Assembly: GCA_964016885.1 (NCBI GenBank)
Contig: OZ024740.1
Coordinates: 207,080,001-207,144,000 of the forward strand
Source: Eledone cirrhosa
Lineage: Eukaryota
DNA: 64,000 bases
Reading direction: 5' to 3'
Part shown: positions 1 through 18,345 of the stretch, piece after piece
Numbering within the stretch: position 1 is the first letter of the stretch
How the letters are laid out: each line of letters opens with the position of its first letter
The notes under the pieces: model-generated
Databases searched by the model: none
What the model was told of the DNA's origin: nothing
The model's input: the letters and a program-made list of their open reading frames with translations, nothing else
Program-made: the position numbers and the translations under genes

Positions 1-159
1 GGAGTGAGAACTCTCTGTCTCTCCTTTAGAAGAAATCTGTGTTCAGAGTTGGAGAAGTGATGGGTTCCGACAAGTTTAGAATGTTCAAAACTCGCCTCAT
101 ATCTTTAGCTAAAACAAATTTATGTCACTTTCGATTAGTATTGAAATGTTCATTGGATT

Positions 160-273
160 AGCGTGCACGTGGCTGAGCATTCCATAAACACTTGTGTTCA
201 CGACATAATTCTCGGGCAGAATCACTGTGATACATGTGATAAGCCTGAACTTTGAATTACAAGTACAGTCATT
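160..273 (+). mobile_element. Degenerate octopus-type SINE body fragment
   Basis: GCACGTGGCTGAGCATTCC...TTTGAATTACAAGTACAG resembles, from memory, the body of abundant octopus SINEs. It is heavily diverged. Confidence 0.35.
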
Positions 274-655
274 TATGACATAGGACTTACATTAGACCGA
301 GTCTCTCAGATCTATCCTAACTATTTCTAGAACCATCATATATGAAATAAGTACTTACATTAGACACAGTCTCTTAGATCTGTCATAGCTACTCCTAGAA
401 CTGTCATATATGACATAAGACTCATTAGACCCAGTCTCTCTGATCTGTCATAACTACTTCTAGAACTGTCATATTTGACATAAGACTTACATTAGACCCA
501 GTCTCTTAGATCTGTCATAGCTACTTCTAGATTTGTCATATTTGACACAAGACTTACATTAGACTCAGTCTCTAAGATCTGTCATAGCTTCTCCCAGAAT
601 TGTCATATATGAGATAAGACATACATTAGACCCAGTCTCTTAGATTTCTCATATT
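274..655. repeat. ~67-bp minisatellite, ~5.7 copies
   Basis: Unit ~TATGACATAAGACTTACATTAGACCCAGTCTCTTAGATCTGTCATAGCTACTTCTAGAACTGTCATA starts at 274, 341, 409, 474, 541 and 608, with no unique spacers. Confidence 0.9.
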
Positions 656-790
656 AACCTACATTACCTCAAGAACGAAGAAGCATTAGTGACTTTACAA
701 ACCAACAACAAAATAATTTGACATTGAACTAAATTCATGAATGACGTAGGTAGCCAAACAGCCATAATGATACAGCATGTGAGTTTGTAT

Positions 791-1222
<432 letters not shown>

Positions 1223-2183
1223 TACCCGGCATTGCCTGAGTTACTGCTGTTCTTATTCAGATTAGTAAACAATAAATATGAAGATATGGTTTTTTTTCTC
1301 ATAATTATTTCAAAATGTCTATATTTTCTTTTTTTTAAATCAAAATTGTAATGATAATAGAATTTAGAAATGATAATCTGCCAATCTTGAAGCATATAAG
1401 GGTAAATAATATTCATTGTGTAACTCATGTATGTGTAGATGTGTGTGTGTGTGTGTGTGTATTTAATAACGTACCTAATGAACGCGCAAACACAGACACT
1501 CACAGACACATACATATTGATATACAAAATGTGACGTCCTATTGTTTTAATCCAAATGAAAATAAAAATTATCTAACATACATTCTCACATACACTCACA
1601 CACATACACTCACAACACACATACACTCTCGCATACACTCACACACATATACTAAGACAGACACATACACAGAAAATGAGACGTCTACACTCTCACATAC
1701 ACTCACACACATTATGTGTAGATGTGTGAGTGTTTAATTCTCCGAGGCCTAACATATATAACAAACGCACAAACACATACACACTCACAGAGACATACAC
1801 ACTCATATATACAAAATGTGAGTCGTTGTCGTGGCGATGGTGGTTTGCTATAGTCGACTATAAAAATATTATTTTAGATAAAATCTTATATAGTTTTAAT
1901 CCAAATGAAAATATTTATACGTATGTAATGTACGTGTATGCATGTGTATGTATATATGCACTCATGTATGTGCCCAGCTAACCAAACGTATATGGTTATA
2001 ATAACGATTTATAATTACTGTATATAAGTACAACTGTATATTATGGTTAACTTATTATTACTATTTTTTTAAAATTCCTATTTTATCTACAGCCTACCTT
2101 CGTCTTTAGCTTACTATGTAAATCCTAAACAACGACTTCGGCAGTTTCCGCCCGCTTTCGTAGTTGCTAAAGAGGTCATGATA

Positions 2184-2308
2184 TTCCACTGATGATTTAT
2201 AAGCACCCACCTAAATATATTCTTACATGAATATATATTAGGCTTCTACATAAACTGGAAATATTCTCCCAACTTGTAGAAAACTTATAATGAAACAATT
2301 GTTTGGAA
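2184..2308 (+). ncRNA. Type I hammerhead ribozyme, family A (96-nt branched stem II)
   Basis: Stem I TTCCA/TGGAA; core CTGATGA 2189-2195; stem II base TTATAAG/CTTATAA enclosing two inner hairpins; GAAA at 2292; palindromic stem III ACAATTGT; cleavage triplet GUU. Homologous to 18219-18345. Confidence 0.75.
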
Positions 2309-2490
2309 AGAGAGATATACTTTAACTTTAATTATATCTCATAAAATAATACAACTGGTTTTTCCACATTATACATATTGTTAGCACCCCAAACACTTAA
2401 ATTGGGTTTATATTTAAATATAACCTAATGTTTGTTGAGTGAGATGGTTACCAGTCAGAGTTTAGCTTTAAACTATCTCTGTTATTGTAT

Positions 2491-2551
<61 letters not shown>

Positions 2552-2553
<2 letters not shown>

Positions 2554-3412
2554 TAGCCTAATTACTCGCGTCTTGCTGCGTTTCACACACTTTTTTTGTA
2601 AGAAAATGATGATTGATTTTAAATCAGTGATATAATTTATGGAGAAAAAATTGCATTTCAATATTACTCAATGTAAAATGTAATGCATGAAAAATTGGAA
2701 AACATTATTTTTTGTAATATAGGCGGTGGATTGGCAGTATCGGTAGAGGGTCGGACGCCATGCTTTCCAGCATAGTTACGTCCCTTTATGATCTGAGTTC
2801 AAATCCCGCCGAGGTTGACTTTGCCTTTCATCCTTACGGGGTCGATAAAATAAAGTACCAGTAATGAACTGGGTAATTGCTGGCCTTGTGCCTAAAGTAG
2901 AAACAATTATTTTTTGTAATATACCAAATCAAAATTACATTATTACATCTTATTCTTATTTTGTTTCTTGTAAATATTCTTTTTCAAAATATCAATTCAA
3001 AACTTTTGTGAAAAAGCATCATATCTTGTCATTTACCTATGATATAAATTTCATATAAATCGAAGGTAAAACATTTTCAGCGGAGGTTTGTGCCTCCGGG
3101 AACCCTAATAGGGGATTTAACCCCCATTAGGGTGTCTTAATATTATTGAAATTTGCTAAAATTTTGTGAATAGGCATCATTTCTTGTCATTTACCTAAGG
3201 TTTAAATTTCATATAAATCGAAAGGAATACATTTTCAGCGGGGGTTTGTGCCCACGGGGAACCCTTTGATTAAAATGAAATATACTTATTCAAGTACCCT
3301 GGGCAATATAGTTTCAGAATATATATGGTTATGGGGGTCTATCTCCAAAACCATAGGAGGAGTTCGTGAACAAACAAACAAACAAACAGACAGGAATACA
3401 ACTTTATATATA
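2552..3412 (-). mobile_element. Non-autonomous Helitron-like element
   Basis: The minus strand ends in a weak GC hairpin (CGCAGCAAGACGCG) followed by CTAG at 2553-2556. The other end has (GTTT)n and an AT-rich terminus. There is an internal ~159-bp-period duplication (3001-3105 vs 3160-3265). Confidence 0.55.
2722..2905 (+). mobile_element. tRNA-derived octopus-type SINE with 18-bp TSD
   Basis: A-box-like TTGGCAGTATCGG, B-box GAGTTCAAATCC and core GACTTTGCCTTTCATCCTTACGGGGTCGATAAA. TSD ATTATTTTTTGTAATATA at 2704-2721 and 2906-2923. Confidence 0.9.
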
Positions 3413-3546
3413 TACTGTATATATACATATATAAGCAAAAGGGATATTTAATTTGTTGGTAATTCAACAAATATATGTTTATAACTGATTCGAATCAGTT
3501 ATAAACAATCTTCCTGGATATGTCAATATTTATAAAACAAACTTTG

Positions 3547-3607
3547 TATTTTATCTGATGAGAGCGTACCAAAGTTTTGATACCCTTGAAATATATATAA
3601 TAGAATA
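3547..3607 (+). ncRNA. Minimal type I hammerhead ribozyme, family B
   Basis: Stem I TATTTTAT/ATAGAATA; CTGATGA at 3555; imperfect stem II; GAAA at 3588; palindromic ATATATAT stem III; AUA triplet. Confidence 0.6.
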
Positions 3608-3646
3608 AATATGGTTCTATAACTATAGTTTCCATTTATTTAATAT

Positions 3647-3862
<216 letters not shown>

Positions 3863-4122
3863 ATATATATAGAGAGAGATATATAAATAAATTAACTCGA
3901 AATACAGTTTTGGGACGCGAGTGTGTAAGGATTCTCAGGGAAATAGGAAAACTCGGCGTATGGAAGCTGTTAGAACAGCAAAATACGGCGTTGGGTAAAA
4001 TATTACCTCGAAGGACAGAGATGAGCGGCTAGATGTGAGTTGACTCGACTCGAAGGAAAGTAGAGAAGATAGGAAGAAGGAAAAGAATGTATGTGAGTGA
4101 ACAGGTCACAAGCATTAAATAA

Positions 4123-4299
4123 TTGTTTCTACGTTAGGCACAAGGCCAGCAATTACCCAGTGTATTACTGGTACTTTATTTTATCGACCCAGTAAGGATG
4201 AAAGGCAAAGTTAACCTCGGCGGGATTTGAACTCAGAATGGCAAGGGCTGTAACTCTATGCGTCAAAGCATGGCATCCGACCCTCTACCAATACTGCCC
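4123..4299 (-). mobile_element. Octopus-type SINE (same family as 2722-2905)
   Basis: Reverse-complement match to 2722-2905. Confidence 0.85.
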
Positions 4300-4744
4300 T
4301 CAACCTCTCGCAGTTTCAGCGATAATGAGATTACTGCGGAGAATAGGAGGTTCGTAACGGAGATACAAATATCTTCGTTCATATAATGTTTGTATTGTGA
4401 CAGGTTAGAGAGGGAGAGAAAGATGAAGTTCGTCTGTCAACCCAAGTCGTCGCCAGAAAGGAAGAATATTGGCGTCAGTAGAGCTGGCCTGTAAAAGGAG
4501 GGAGAGGAAAAAGGTGACAATGGGAAGGAGTGCGAGTGTGTTAGTATGCATTAGGTATGTATATATGTTTTTGTATGTGTGTATGTATGTGTATATGTAT
4601 ATATGTCTCTATGTATCTATGTGCTCGGCAATCTCTCCGTACATTACGAGATTACCGAACTCACACACACACACGCATATTGTAAATGGACTGTTTTAGC
4701 GACTAGGAAATCTCGTGGAAACTGCCTAACACATTGTTTATTAT

Positions 4745-4922
4745 TATCGGTAGAACGTCGAACAACATGCTTTGCGATATACTGTTACGGCCCTTTACGT
4801 TTTGCGTTCAAATCAGCCGAGGTTAGCTTTACCTTTCATCCTTATGGGGTCGATAAAATAAAGTACCAGTAACACACAGGGGTCGATTTAATCAACTTTC
4901 CCTTCCCCTGAAATTGTTGATC
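4745..4922 (+). mobile_element. Older octopus-type SINE copy
   Basis: Contains GTTCAAATC and CCTTTCATCCTTATGGGGTCGATAAAATAAAGTACCAGT. Confidence 0.75.
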
Positions 4923-5063
4923 CGGGAAAGGTGGGTTTTTCGCAGTTCCCACCCAGAGTGCGCCTGAAAATGCTAGCGACCCTGGGTGCTAATACTGGAT
5001 TTTCAATAGCAACCTTTCCTAGGTGTTTTTATGGCAGATCAAATTTTTTGTGTGGAACGGTTA

Positions 5064-5247
5064 GGGTGGTGAATTGGCAGTATCGGTGGAAGGTCGGACG
5101 CCATGCTTTCCAGCATAGTTACGTCCCTTTACGGTCTGAGTTCAAATCCCGTCGAGGTTAACTTTGCCTTTCATTCTTACAGGGTCGATAAAATAAAGTA
5201 CCAGTAATGTACTGAATGATTGCTGGCCTTGTGCCAAATGTAGAAAC
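5064..5247 (+). mobile_element. Octopus-type SINE with ~17-bp TSD
   Basis: Matches 2722-2905. AATTTTTT(T)GTGTGGAAC lies on both sides (~5042-5058, ~5248-5265). Confidence 0.88.
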
Positions 5248-5972
5248 AATTTTTTTGTGTGGAACTATCAATAGCTGTTTAAGTCATAAGTCCTGCTTTC
5301 ATCCAGCTTTCTTCATTCAGAGTGAATAAGCCGGAGAAGTTTGAGCTCGAAGAGTATCGAACTTTTCAATAAACTTATGTATAAGAAGAGCAAACTTACT
5401 GACTTAGCGCTCAAAAACAAACATAGAATAATTGAGGAAATCACCGCAATTATTAAGAAATTATAATCGAGTGAACATATTCATATACTGTTCACCGTTT
5501 GTAAAGCCATTCGAATGACTGAAGCAATTCAATAAAACCATCCCGTTTTCCCCCTATAGTAGACATAACTTGAGAAAACACCATAAGTCGGATAAACAAT
5601 CAGAAGTGTTGGCCCTTAAGAGGGCCTTGTAACATTCACTGTTGCAAAGTGTCAATAATGGGAGAGAAGTTACATCTTCTTAATTCGTGTTAATCTTTCC
5701 ACGATCCGACACCTCGAAATATCGACAAAATAAACTCTACTCTCGAAGACGGCATGTTACAATTAACATGCCGGGAGTACGAATATTCGTCAACATACGA
5801 TTTGTGTTTTATTCTTCAGACTAATCTCATGGTAAGCCAACTTCCAGGTCATTGATCATCACACTTTTTGGTAACTTATCACTGATTCCTGCAGCTGACC
5901 TGAATGTGAACTAAGCGTGTGCACATGTTCAGAATCCATATCAGTGGATGTGATATATATATATATATATAC

Positions 5973-6057
<85 letters not shown>

Positions 6058-6542
6058 TAAAAAACAAAAAACAAAAACAATAACAAAGCGTGCAGTACGA
6101 ACAGTGTTGGTATTAGGTTCACGCTTATTTTAGGTGAGAAAGCAGAAAAGGTCGTATATATATATATGCAGAGACATCTGTTCAGTCTACTTTGCATGAC
6201 ATTTTTTTAATGTATATTTCTAACAAGTTGTTGCCTCGTTTTGGAGGACTGAGTTGTGGGAGGAAGAAGGGGTGTAGTGGGAGGGAGGGTTTCACATAGA
6301 GTAGTAGTATCTTCTCTTCTCCTCTCTCATCAAAACATCTCTTTCCTCCTCCATTGTAAAGATGTCTCCAAGGCTTCCATTATTGATTTTTATTGAAATC
6401 CAAATAGCCAGTCCTGTTTCTGAAAATTAGCTTAACATGTGTGTAAAGTTTCATCAGGATCGGATGACTGGTGTAGGCGCCAACTGGTTACACACAGATA
6501 CACAGACAGAAATTTCCATTTATAGATACATACATATATATG

Positions 6543-9500
6543 ATGGCTGCCCCCTCGTTATCGAGTATGGCCATTGCACGAGAAGAAAGAAAAAAAACAA
6601 AAACAATAATAATAATTAATAAAAAAAAAGAAAAAAAAAAGAAATATATATATATATATATATACATATACATACATATATATACACACACACATACTCA
6701 CACACACATATACACACACATACATTAATAACAATAATAATGATTTCATTTATTAGCCAATAATAATAATAATAATAACAACAATAATAATAACGACAAC
6801 AATAATAATATACATATACATATATATATACACACACACGCACACACATAAGCATATCTACACACACACACACACACGATAGCAACTAACAGCGCCGCGA
6901 TCGAATGTGGCTTTTTAGCCCAGCCAATGATCTAAAATGTCTTGCACAGAGTCGGCAACCAAAACATTTACTGGGAATAGTCGGCTGTGGTTGGAGTTCG
7001 TGTACTTTTGCATGTCGCTTGAGCCCTCCTGCTGATTTACATTCTCTACCACATGTTTGGCAAGCATGATGAGTAGCATCTCCAACAGCAGCCTGGTAGT
7101 CAACCACTGGTCTTACTTTATGACTGCGAAGATGACTTTCGAGTCCAGCTTTGCTTAGGCAGAGTCTCGCACATACGCTGCATGTCAGCAGCATAGGAGG
7201 ACCCTCGCCGTCTGGAAGTGCAACAGCAATGCCCTTCCTCACATCCCGCTTTACTTTCTCGTATGCGATTCGAGATGCCTCAAAGGCAACTTTTCCCTCA
7301 TATACAGTCTTTCTCCATTTATTACGATCAGCAGCAATATCTCCCATGTATCAGCAGAGATGTTAGCGTCTTTCAGAGAGGCTTTCAAGGAATCCTTATA
7401 CCTCTTTTTTGGTTTATGTGGCGGTCGTTTTCCTTTAACCAACTCTCCATAAAAGAGTTGTTTTGGTATTCTAGAATCCTTCACCCTGGCAAGGTGACCA
7501 CTCCAACGGAGTCGTTGCTTAAGCACAAGAGCTTCTATACTGTCACACATAGAGCTTTCCAAAATCTCGACATCACTGATGTGGTTCCTCCAGTGAACGC
7601 CATGGATCCGTCTGAGACACATCTGATGGAAACGCTCCAATTGCTTAAGGTGGTGTCGATATGTGACCCATGTCTCGCAGGCATAAAGAAGACAAGAGAG
7701 CACACATGCCCTGTACACCTTTACCTTTGTCCTCCTGCATATGTCTCGCCGACCCCAGAGTCGCCTTTCTAGCTTTCCGAAAGCATCACTTGCTTTCCTA
7801 ATCCTAAGTGAGATTTCACTGTCAAGGTTGCTGTATCGATTGACAGTGCTTCCCAGGTAGACAAACTGATCAACCACTCCAAGTCGTTTGCCATACACAT
7901 AGATGTTTGGTTCAGTGTACTGCTTACCAGAGGAAGGTTGGTACATGACGACGGTTTTCTTGAGACTGACAGTCAGACCTAGGGCAGTGCAAGCGTCAGA
8001 AAATGCATTCAAAATGTGCTGCATGTCACTCTCTGTGTGCGCTACAAGATCGCAATCATCTGCATACAAGAGGTCTCTTATGATTGATGTAAATACTTTT
8101 GTCTTCGCAGCAAAGCGCCTGATGTTAAATATGCTGCCTGAGGTTCGATATCGGATGTAAACACCATGCTCGCAATTCCTGAATGCAATACAGAAAACCA
8201 TTGCAAAGTATATGGCAAACAGGGTCGGTGCTGGAATATCCCCCTGTTTCATTCCATTTTTTACTGAGATAGGCTCCGACATGTTACCCCCGACATTAAC
8301 CCAAGCCTTCATGTTGTCATGGAAAGACCTAACTAAAGCAAGGAACTTATCAGGGAAACCAAGTTTCTGGAGAACCTTCCATAATGCATCTCTGTTAACA
8401 GTATCGAAAGCTTTTGTCAGATCGACAAAAACCTGATACAGATCCAAGCCTTGTTCCATGCACTTCTCCTGGAGCTGTCTAGCTGAGAAGATCATATCAG
8501 TAGTGCCGCGTCCAGCACGAAAACCAGATTGACTTTCAGGAAGAACACAATCTGCAATGTGTGTCAGCAGACGGTCCAGAAGCACCCTACGACAGAAAGC
8601 AATGATATACCTCTGTAGTTCCCTCAATCGTTCCTGTTACCCTTTCCCTTGTACAAGACCACCATTACTGCATCTCTCCAGTCCTCAGGTACGGATTCAT
8701 TAGCCCATATCCTGCCAAACAAAGAGTGAAGATGTTGCAGGAGTCTCTCACCACCATATTGTAGGAGCTCAGCATGTATGCCATCCATACCTGGAGATCT
8801 TCCACTGTTCAGCTTCGAAATAGCCACTGCAACCTCCACAAGCGTCAGACGTTCTGCGAGAGCTACTTTCACAGGACTTTCTGGAATGAGATTGAGGAAA
8901 TCTTCATTGACGACAGACGGCTGATTCAAAAGATCATCAAAGTGCTCTCGCCACCTTCGTAGAATTCCTTGTGAGTCACGAAGAAGTTCTTTGCCATCCT
9001 TGCTGCGAAGCGGTGTCACCAGAGAAGAAGACGGTCCAAAAACCTCACGCAAGAGACTGTACAACAGCTTTGTGTTATTGGAATCTAACGCAGTTTGTAT
9101 CTCATCAGCCTTCTCACTCCACTACTGACCCTTCATCTGAGAAAGATTCCGCCTAACACGTGATTTTACATCCCTGAGTTCCTCATGCAACGTATTCCTC
9201 TCCTGTGGGTTTGCCGTCAAGTAGCGTGACAGAGCAGGCCTCTTATCAGCCAACAAGTCTTCTATATGTACATCATTCTCATTAAACCAGTCCTGATGTT
9301 TCCTCTGCGCCAATCCCAGAACACGCCTGCCTACATCATAAACCGACTTTTTAAGGGTCGGCCAATCCTCATCAAGATCTGCAGCCTGCATCTCTTCTTC
9401 CAATGTCCTCTTCACATTTTTATCCTTAAGACGAGCAGCATTCAATATTTTGGGCAGGGCAACACCAGGAGCCCGGATTTTACGTTTAGTGATTAGTTTC

Positions 9501-9926
9501 ACTTTTGCGCGTACCAGGCGGTGGTCCGTCCAGCACTCAACTCCACGAAGAACACGAACACACTGCACATCCTGTCTGTCACGCATCCTGACTAGGACGT
9601 AGTCCAAAAGATGCCATTCCTTAGATGCAGGATGCATCCATGTGGTCTTGAATTTGTTCTTTTGTTGGAACATGGTGTTGGTAACACACAGATCCAGCTC
9701 CTCACACATCTGCAGCAGGAGCATACCATTGCTGTTACACTTTCCCACCCCATGCCTTCCGATTACATTTCATGTGTTAAAATCCCTACCCACTCTAGCA
9801 TTAAAGTCTCCAAGCACGATGACTTTGTCTGCCTGAGGGATATTTCTTAAAACACCTTTCAATGCATGGTAAAAGAACACCTTTTCCTCATCGACAGAAC
9901 TCATAGTTGGAGCATACACACTCAAT
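6543..9926 (-). mobile_element. RTE-clade non-LTR retrotransposon, 5'-truncated and frameshifted (APE endonuclease, RT, three C2H2 fingers)
   Basis: Frameshifted ORF pieces carry [31 protein letters not shown] (APE) and ESQSGFR, FVDLTKAFD, KQGD, LLYADD (RT). ORF 6886-7347 has three CxxC-x12-H fingers. The 3' stem-loop at 6544-6572 is shared with 21699-21725. The 5' end is cut by a TA array at ~9926. Confidence 0.93.
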
Positions 9927-9928
9927 AT

Positions 9929-10007
<79 letters not shown>

Positions 10008-10008
10008 T

Positions 10009-10043
<35 letters not shown>

Positions 10044-10082
10044 AATATACATATACACACACACACATATATATATATACAC

Positions 10083-10140
<58 letters not shown>

Positions 10141-10144
<4 letters not shown>

Positions 10145-11269
10145 ACAAATTACACAATTATCAAAGTTATGTTCAAATCATTTTATTTCTGACAATCGTT
10201 TCTTCCAAACTTTCGTTTGAAATCATCGGAGCATTATCAATGTTTGTACATATAATTAATCTCCTATTCAACTGAACAATCATATAGATACATATATATG
10301 TTGTGAACAACAGTTTCGTATTTACAGGGTGGAATAGATGCGACATATATTATACGAGAATTGTACAATAATTAAAATTAAAATTAAAAGCACAGAGTGG
10401 AATACATGCAGCAGATAATACAAGGGAATAGTCTAATAATTAAAGAGGCATTGAGGAAGAATGAGGACACTAGCAGTACATATGCAAGCGTGTAGAGAGT
10501 GCACATGTGTTAGTCATATATATGAAGGAAACAAGCAAAGGTATTAGGCATAAATAAATACTGTATGGCAAAGGTATCACATAAAATAACACAGGTATTC
10601 AAGCATATCAAGCAAAGGTGTTAGTATTAAAATGAAGGTAGTTTGTGTAGTGTTCAAATGTGTATGTGTTGAGAGTATTAAAGTTATTGTTATCTTTTCC
10701 ATTACATATGTTAAATTATATTTTAGTTAATGTTTATATTGAATGTTTTAGTTAGTTATAGCAATGGATTGTAAATTGGTCTTATTGTTGGTCTTATTGT
10801 ATTCTTATCCATGGATTAGAGTTGTTCTATAGTGATTTTTTTCTAACGGTTTAATTTCCGGAAGTGAGTATGGGATCCAAAATTAAGGCGAGCTAATGCG
10901 TAAGGGGTCCAATTAGTTAAATCTCATGTGTTATTAATATACATTATATTGTTAAAAGTTAATCCCTTATATACAATGCTATTAATTTATATATTTAATT
11001 ATAAATGTATATATAATTTATTATCACATATTACATTAAATGTCTCTACATATTATATATCCATTGCTGTATATAAGTAAGCTATAGTAGTTATATTAAA
11101 AGGTGGTAACTTTGTTTATTTCGAATATTTATTGTAGAGTATAAGGTTTGAGATAAATAGGAGTTATGTAGAGGAAAGAGCTGATCAAGGATTGTGATGC
11201 TGTGTGGGCTGTACATAGAAACCCTGCATTTTGATTTTACCATCAATTCCAATGGGTCCAGGTCGGTTA

Positions 11270-11270
<1 letters not shown>
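10141..11270 (-). mobile_element. Highly decayed Penelope-like 3' part between TA arrays
   Basis: Ends in an HHR-like motif resembling those of the Hydra-type elements. There is a weak remnant [12 protein letters not shown] near 11160-11195. Confidence 0.4.
10189..10231 (-). ncRNA. Hammerhead-like motif with CCGAUGA core
   Basis: Minus strand reads CT-CCGATGA-TTTCAAAC GAAA GTTTGGAA-GAAA-C GATT GTC-AG: an 8-bp stem II with GAAA tetraloop and a GUC triplet, but only 2 bp of stem I. Confidence 0.55.
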
Positions 11271-13870
<2,600 letters not shown>

Positions 13871-13871
13871 A

Positions 13872-15281
<1,410 letters not shown>

Positions 15282-15308
15282 ATATATATATATGTATATA
15301 TATATATT

Positions 15309-15374
<66 letters not shown>

Positions 15375-15378
15375 TTTG

Positions 15379-15440
<62 letters not shown>

Positions 15441-15443
<3 letters not shown>

Positions 15444-16166
15444 AAATACGTCCCTCATCAGTGATTTGCCGAAGATCATAGATATTTCATTGCATTAAAA
15501 ATCATATATCTCACTTCGGTGCAATAATAACCAAAATAAGTTATTAGGACAATTAAAACGCGTAAAGCGAGTGAGACAGGAGAACAACAGAAAATATAGC
15601 ATACCGTGGGAGAGAAACAAGCTTCAAAAATTATTCTGTTAGCGTAAGCTAGGTGAATATATGAGCGCTTAGAGAAAGAATAGTGCCAGCACGAACGAAG
15701 GCCATTGAGCAGAGAGAGAAAAAATAGCGTCCGTGAGTGCAGGATGAAATGAAGAGAAGAGGGAGAAAAACAGTGAGTGAGTGAAAGTGTGAGGAAGAGT
15801 TAACGGACAAGACAGAGGGGGAGAAACAGAGAGAATGGGGGAACAGTAAGAGAGAGAGAAAAAAACACAGAATCGCAGTGGTAAATATATGTATTAAAAT
15901 ATAGAGAAAAATACTGCAGGTAGCACATGGTAACATGTAATAAAATACGTCCCTCATCAGTGATTTGCCGAAGATCATAGATATTTCATTGCATTAAAAA
16001 TCATATATCTCACTTCGGTGCAATAATAACCAAAATAAGTTATTAGGACAATTAAAACGCGTAAAGCGAGTGAGACAGGAGAACAACAGAAAATATAGCA
16101 TACCGTGGGAGAGAAACAAGCTTCAAAAATTATTCTGTTAGCGTAAGCTAGGTGAATATATGAGCG
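15441..16166 (-). repeat. Non-coding partial-tandem unit: ~227-bp near-identical direct repeats, period 499 bp
   Basis: 15441-15667 recurs at 15940-16166. The left end abuts a TA array and there is no credible ORF. Confidence 0.85.
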
Positions 16167-16427
16167 AAGAAAGAGTAGAAGAAAGAGGGAGAGGGGGTGG
16201 AAGAAACCCAGTCGTGCGTTGATAGTGCCAACTGAGAAGTGCCAACTGAGAAGCTCGGCTATTCAAATACCAGGATCAAAATTTTCATTTAGTCCAGAAG
16301 TAACCGTCGAAACGGCTTGAGCTCAGCCGCGGGGTCCTACTCGTTCTTATATATATATGTATATATATATATATGTATATATATATATGTATGTATATAT
16401 ATATATATGTATATATATATATGTATG

Positions 16428-16496
<69 letters not shown>

Positions 16497-16597
16497 ATAT
16501 ATATATGTATGTATATATATATATATATGTATGTATATATATATATATGTATGTATATATATATATATATATATGTATGTATATATATATATATGTG

Positions 16598-16644
<47 letters not shown>

Positions 16645-16761
16645 ATACAACTCCAGTTCCTCAGTGAATTAACAACCCAACAAGTAACTGGGCATATCAG
16701 AGTATTGACAATATTATACACCTAAACAACATATGTACTTGTCTATACCATACTAATTCAA

Positions 16762-16816
16762 ACTGCCTGAAGAGGTCACAGCCAAAGATGGCTGTCACTG
16801 AAATATATATAGCAGT
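16762..16816 (+). ncRNA. Minimal type I hammerhead ribozyme, family C
   Basis: ACTGC-CTGAAGA-GGTCACAGCC AAAGAT GGCTGTCACT-GAAA-TATATAT-A-GCAGT: 5-bp stem I and palindromic stem III, inside a ~320-bp island between TA arrays. Confidence 0.82.
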
Positions 16817-16962
16817 AATAAACGAAGCTAAATTTTCATCATTTGACTTTTATTTAACTTTATTTTACACTACTCCGGAGTAACCAAACCAACCTGCGCA
16901 CTTCGTCGAGCGCTCCAGCCTGCATACTGAGGTGGTGGTATACAACCAACATAAACTCAAAA

Positions 16963-17934
<972 letters not shown>

Positions 17935-18218
17935 TAATTAATACGCGCATATATTTATTTTTTTAATTTCAATTGAGTTCTTAACACGTTGGATTGATAA
18001 TGTTTTTGAAAAAACTAATTAACCCGAGTGTATATTATTTTTTTCTTTTCTCGTGTCGTAGTTGTCTACCCTTCCCGCTTCGTGAGGCTATGAAACTTCC
18101 TCAGTCAAAAGACTGCTGGAATTTCAAATTTGGCGGTCATTCGATGCGAGAGGGAGCGGCTTAGCGGACACGATTTTTAACTGCGGTAAGAATTTTTCTT
18201 ATTTCAAAGTTTAATGGG

Positions 18219-18345
18219 CTTCCACTGAAGATTTATAAGTGCCCACCTAAATATATTCTTACATGAATATATGTTGGGCTTCTACATAAACTGGAAACAT
18301 TCTCCCAACTTGTAGAAAACTTATAATGAAACAATTGTTTGGAAG
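18219..18345 (+). ncRNA. Type I hammerhead ribozyme, family A
   Basis: CTTCCA/TGGAAG stem I, CTGAAGA, branched stem II, GAAA-CAATTG-TT. Confidence 0.78.

Noticed and set aside
274-655. Regularly spaced repeats as a CRISPR array
   Set aside because: The units are contiguous with no unique spacers, there are no cas genes, and the context is eukaryotic.
5700-5822. Minus-strand CTGAAGA followed by hairpins as a hammerhead
   Set aside because: No GAAA/NUH is placed correctly after a closing stem II.
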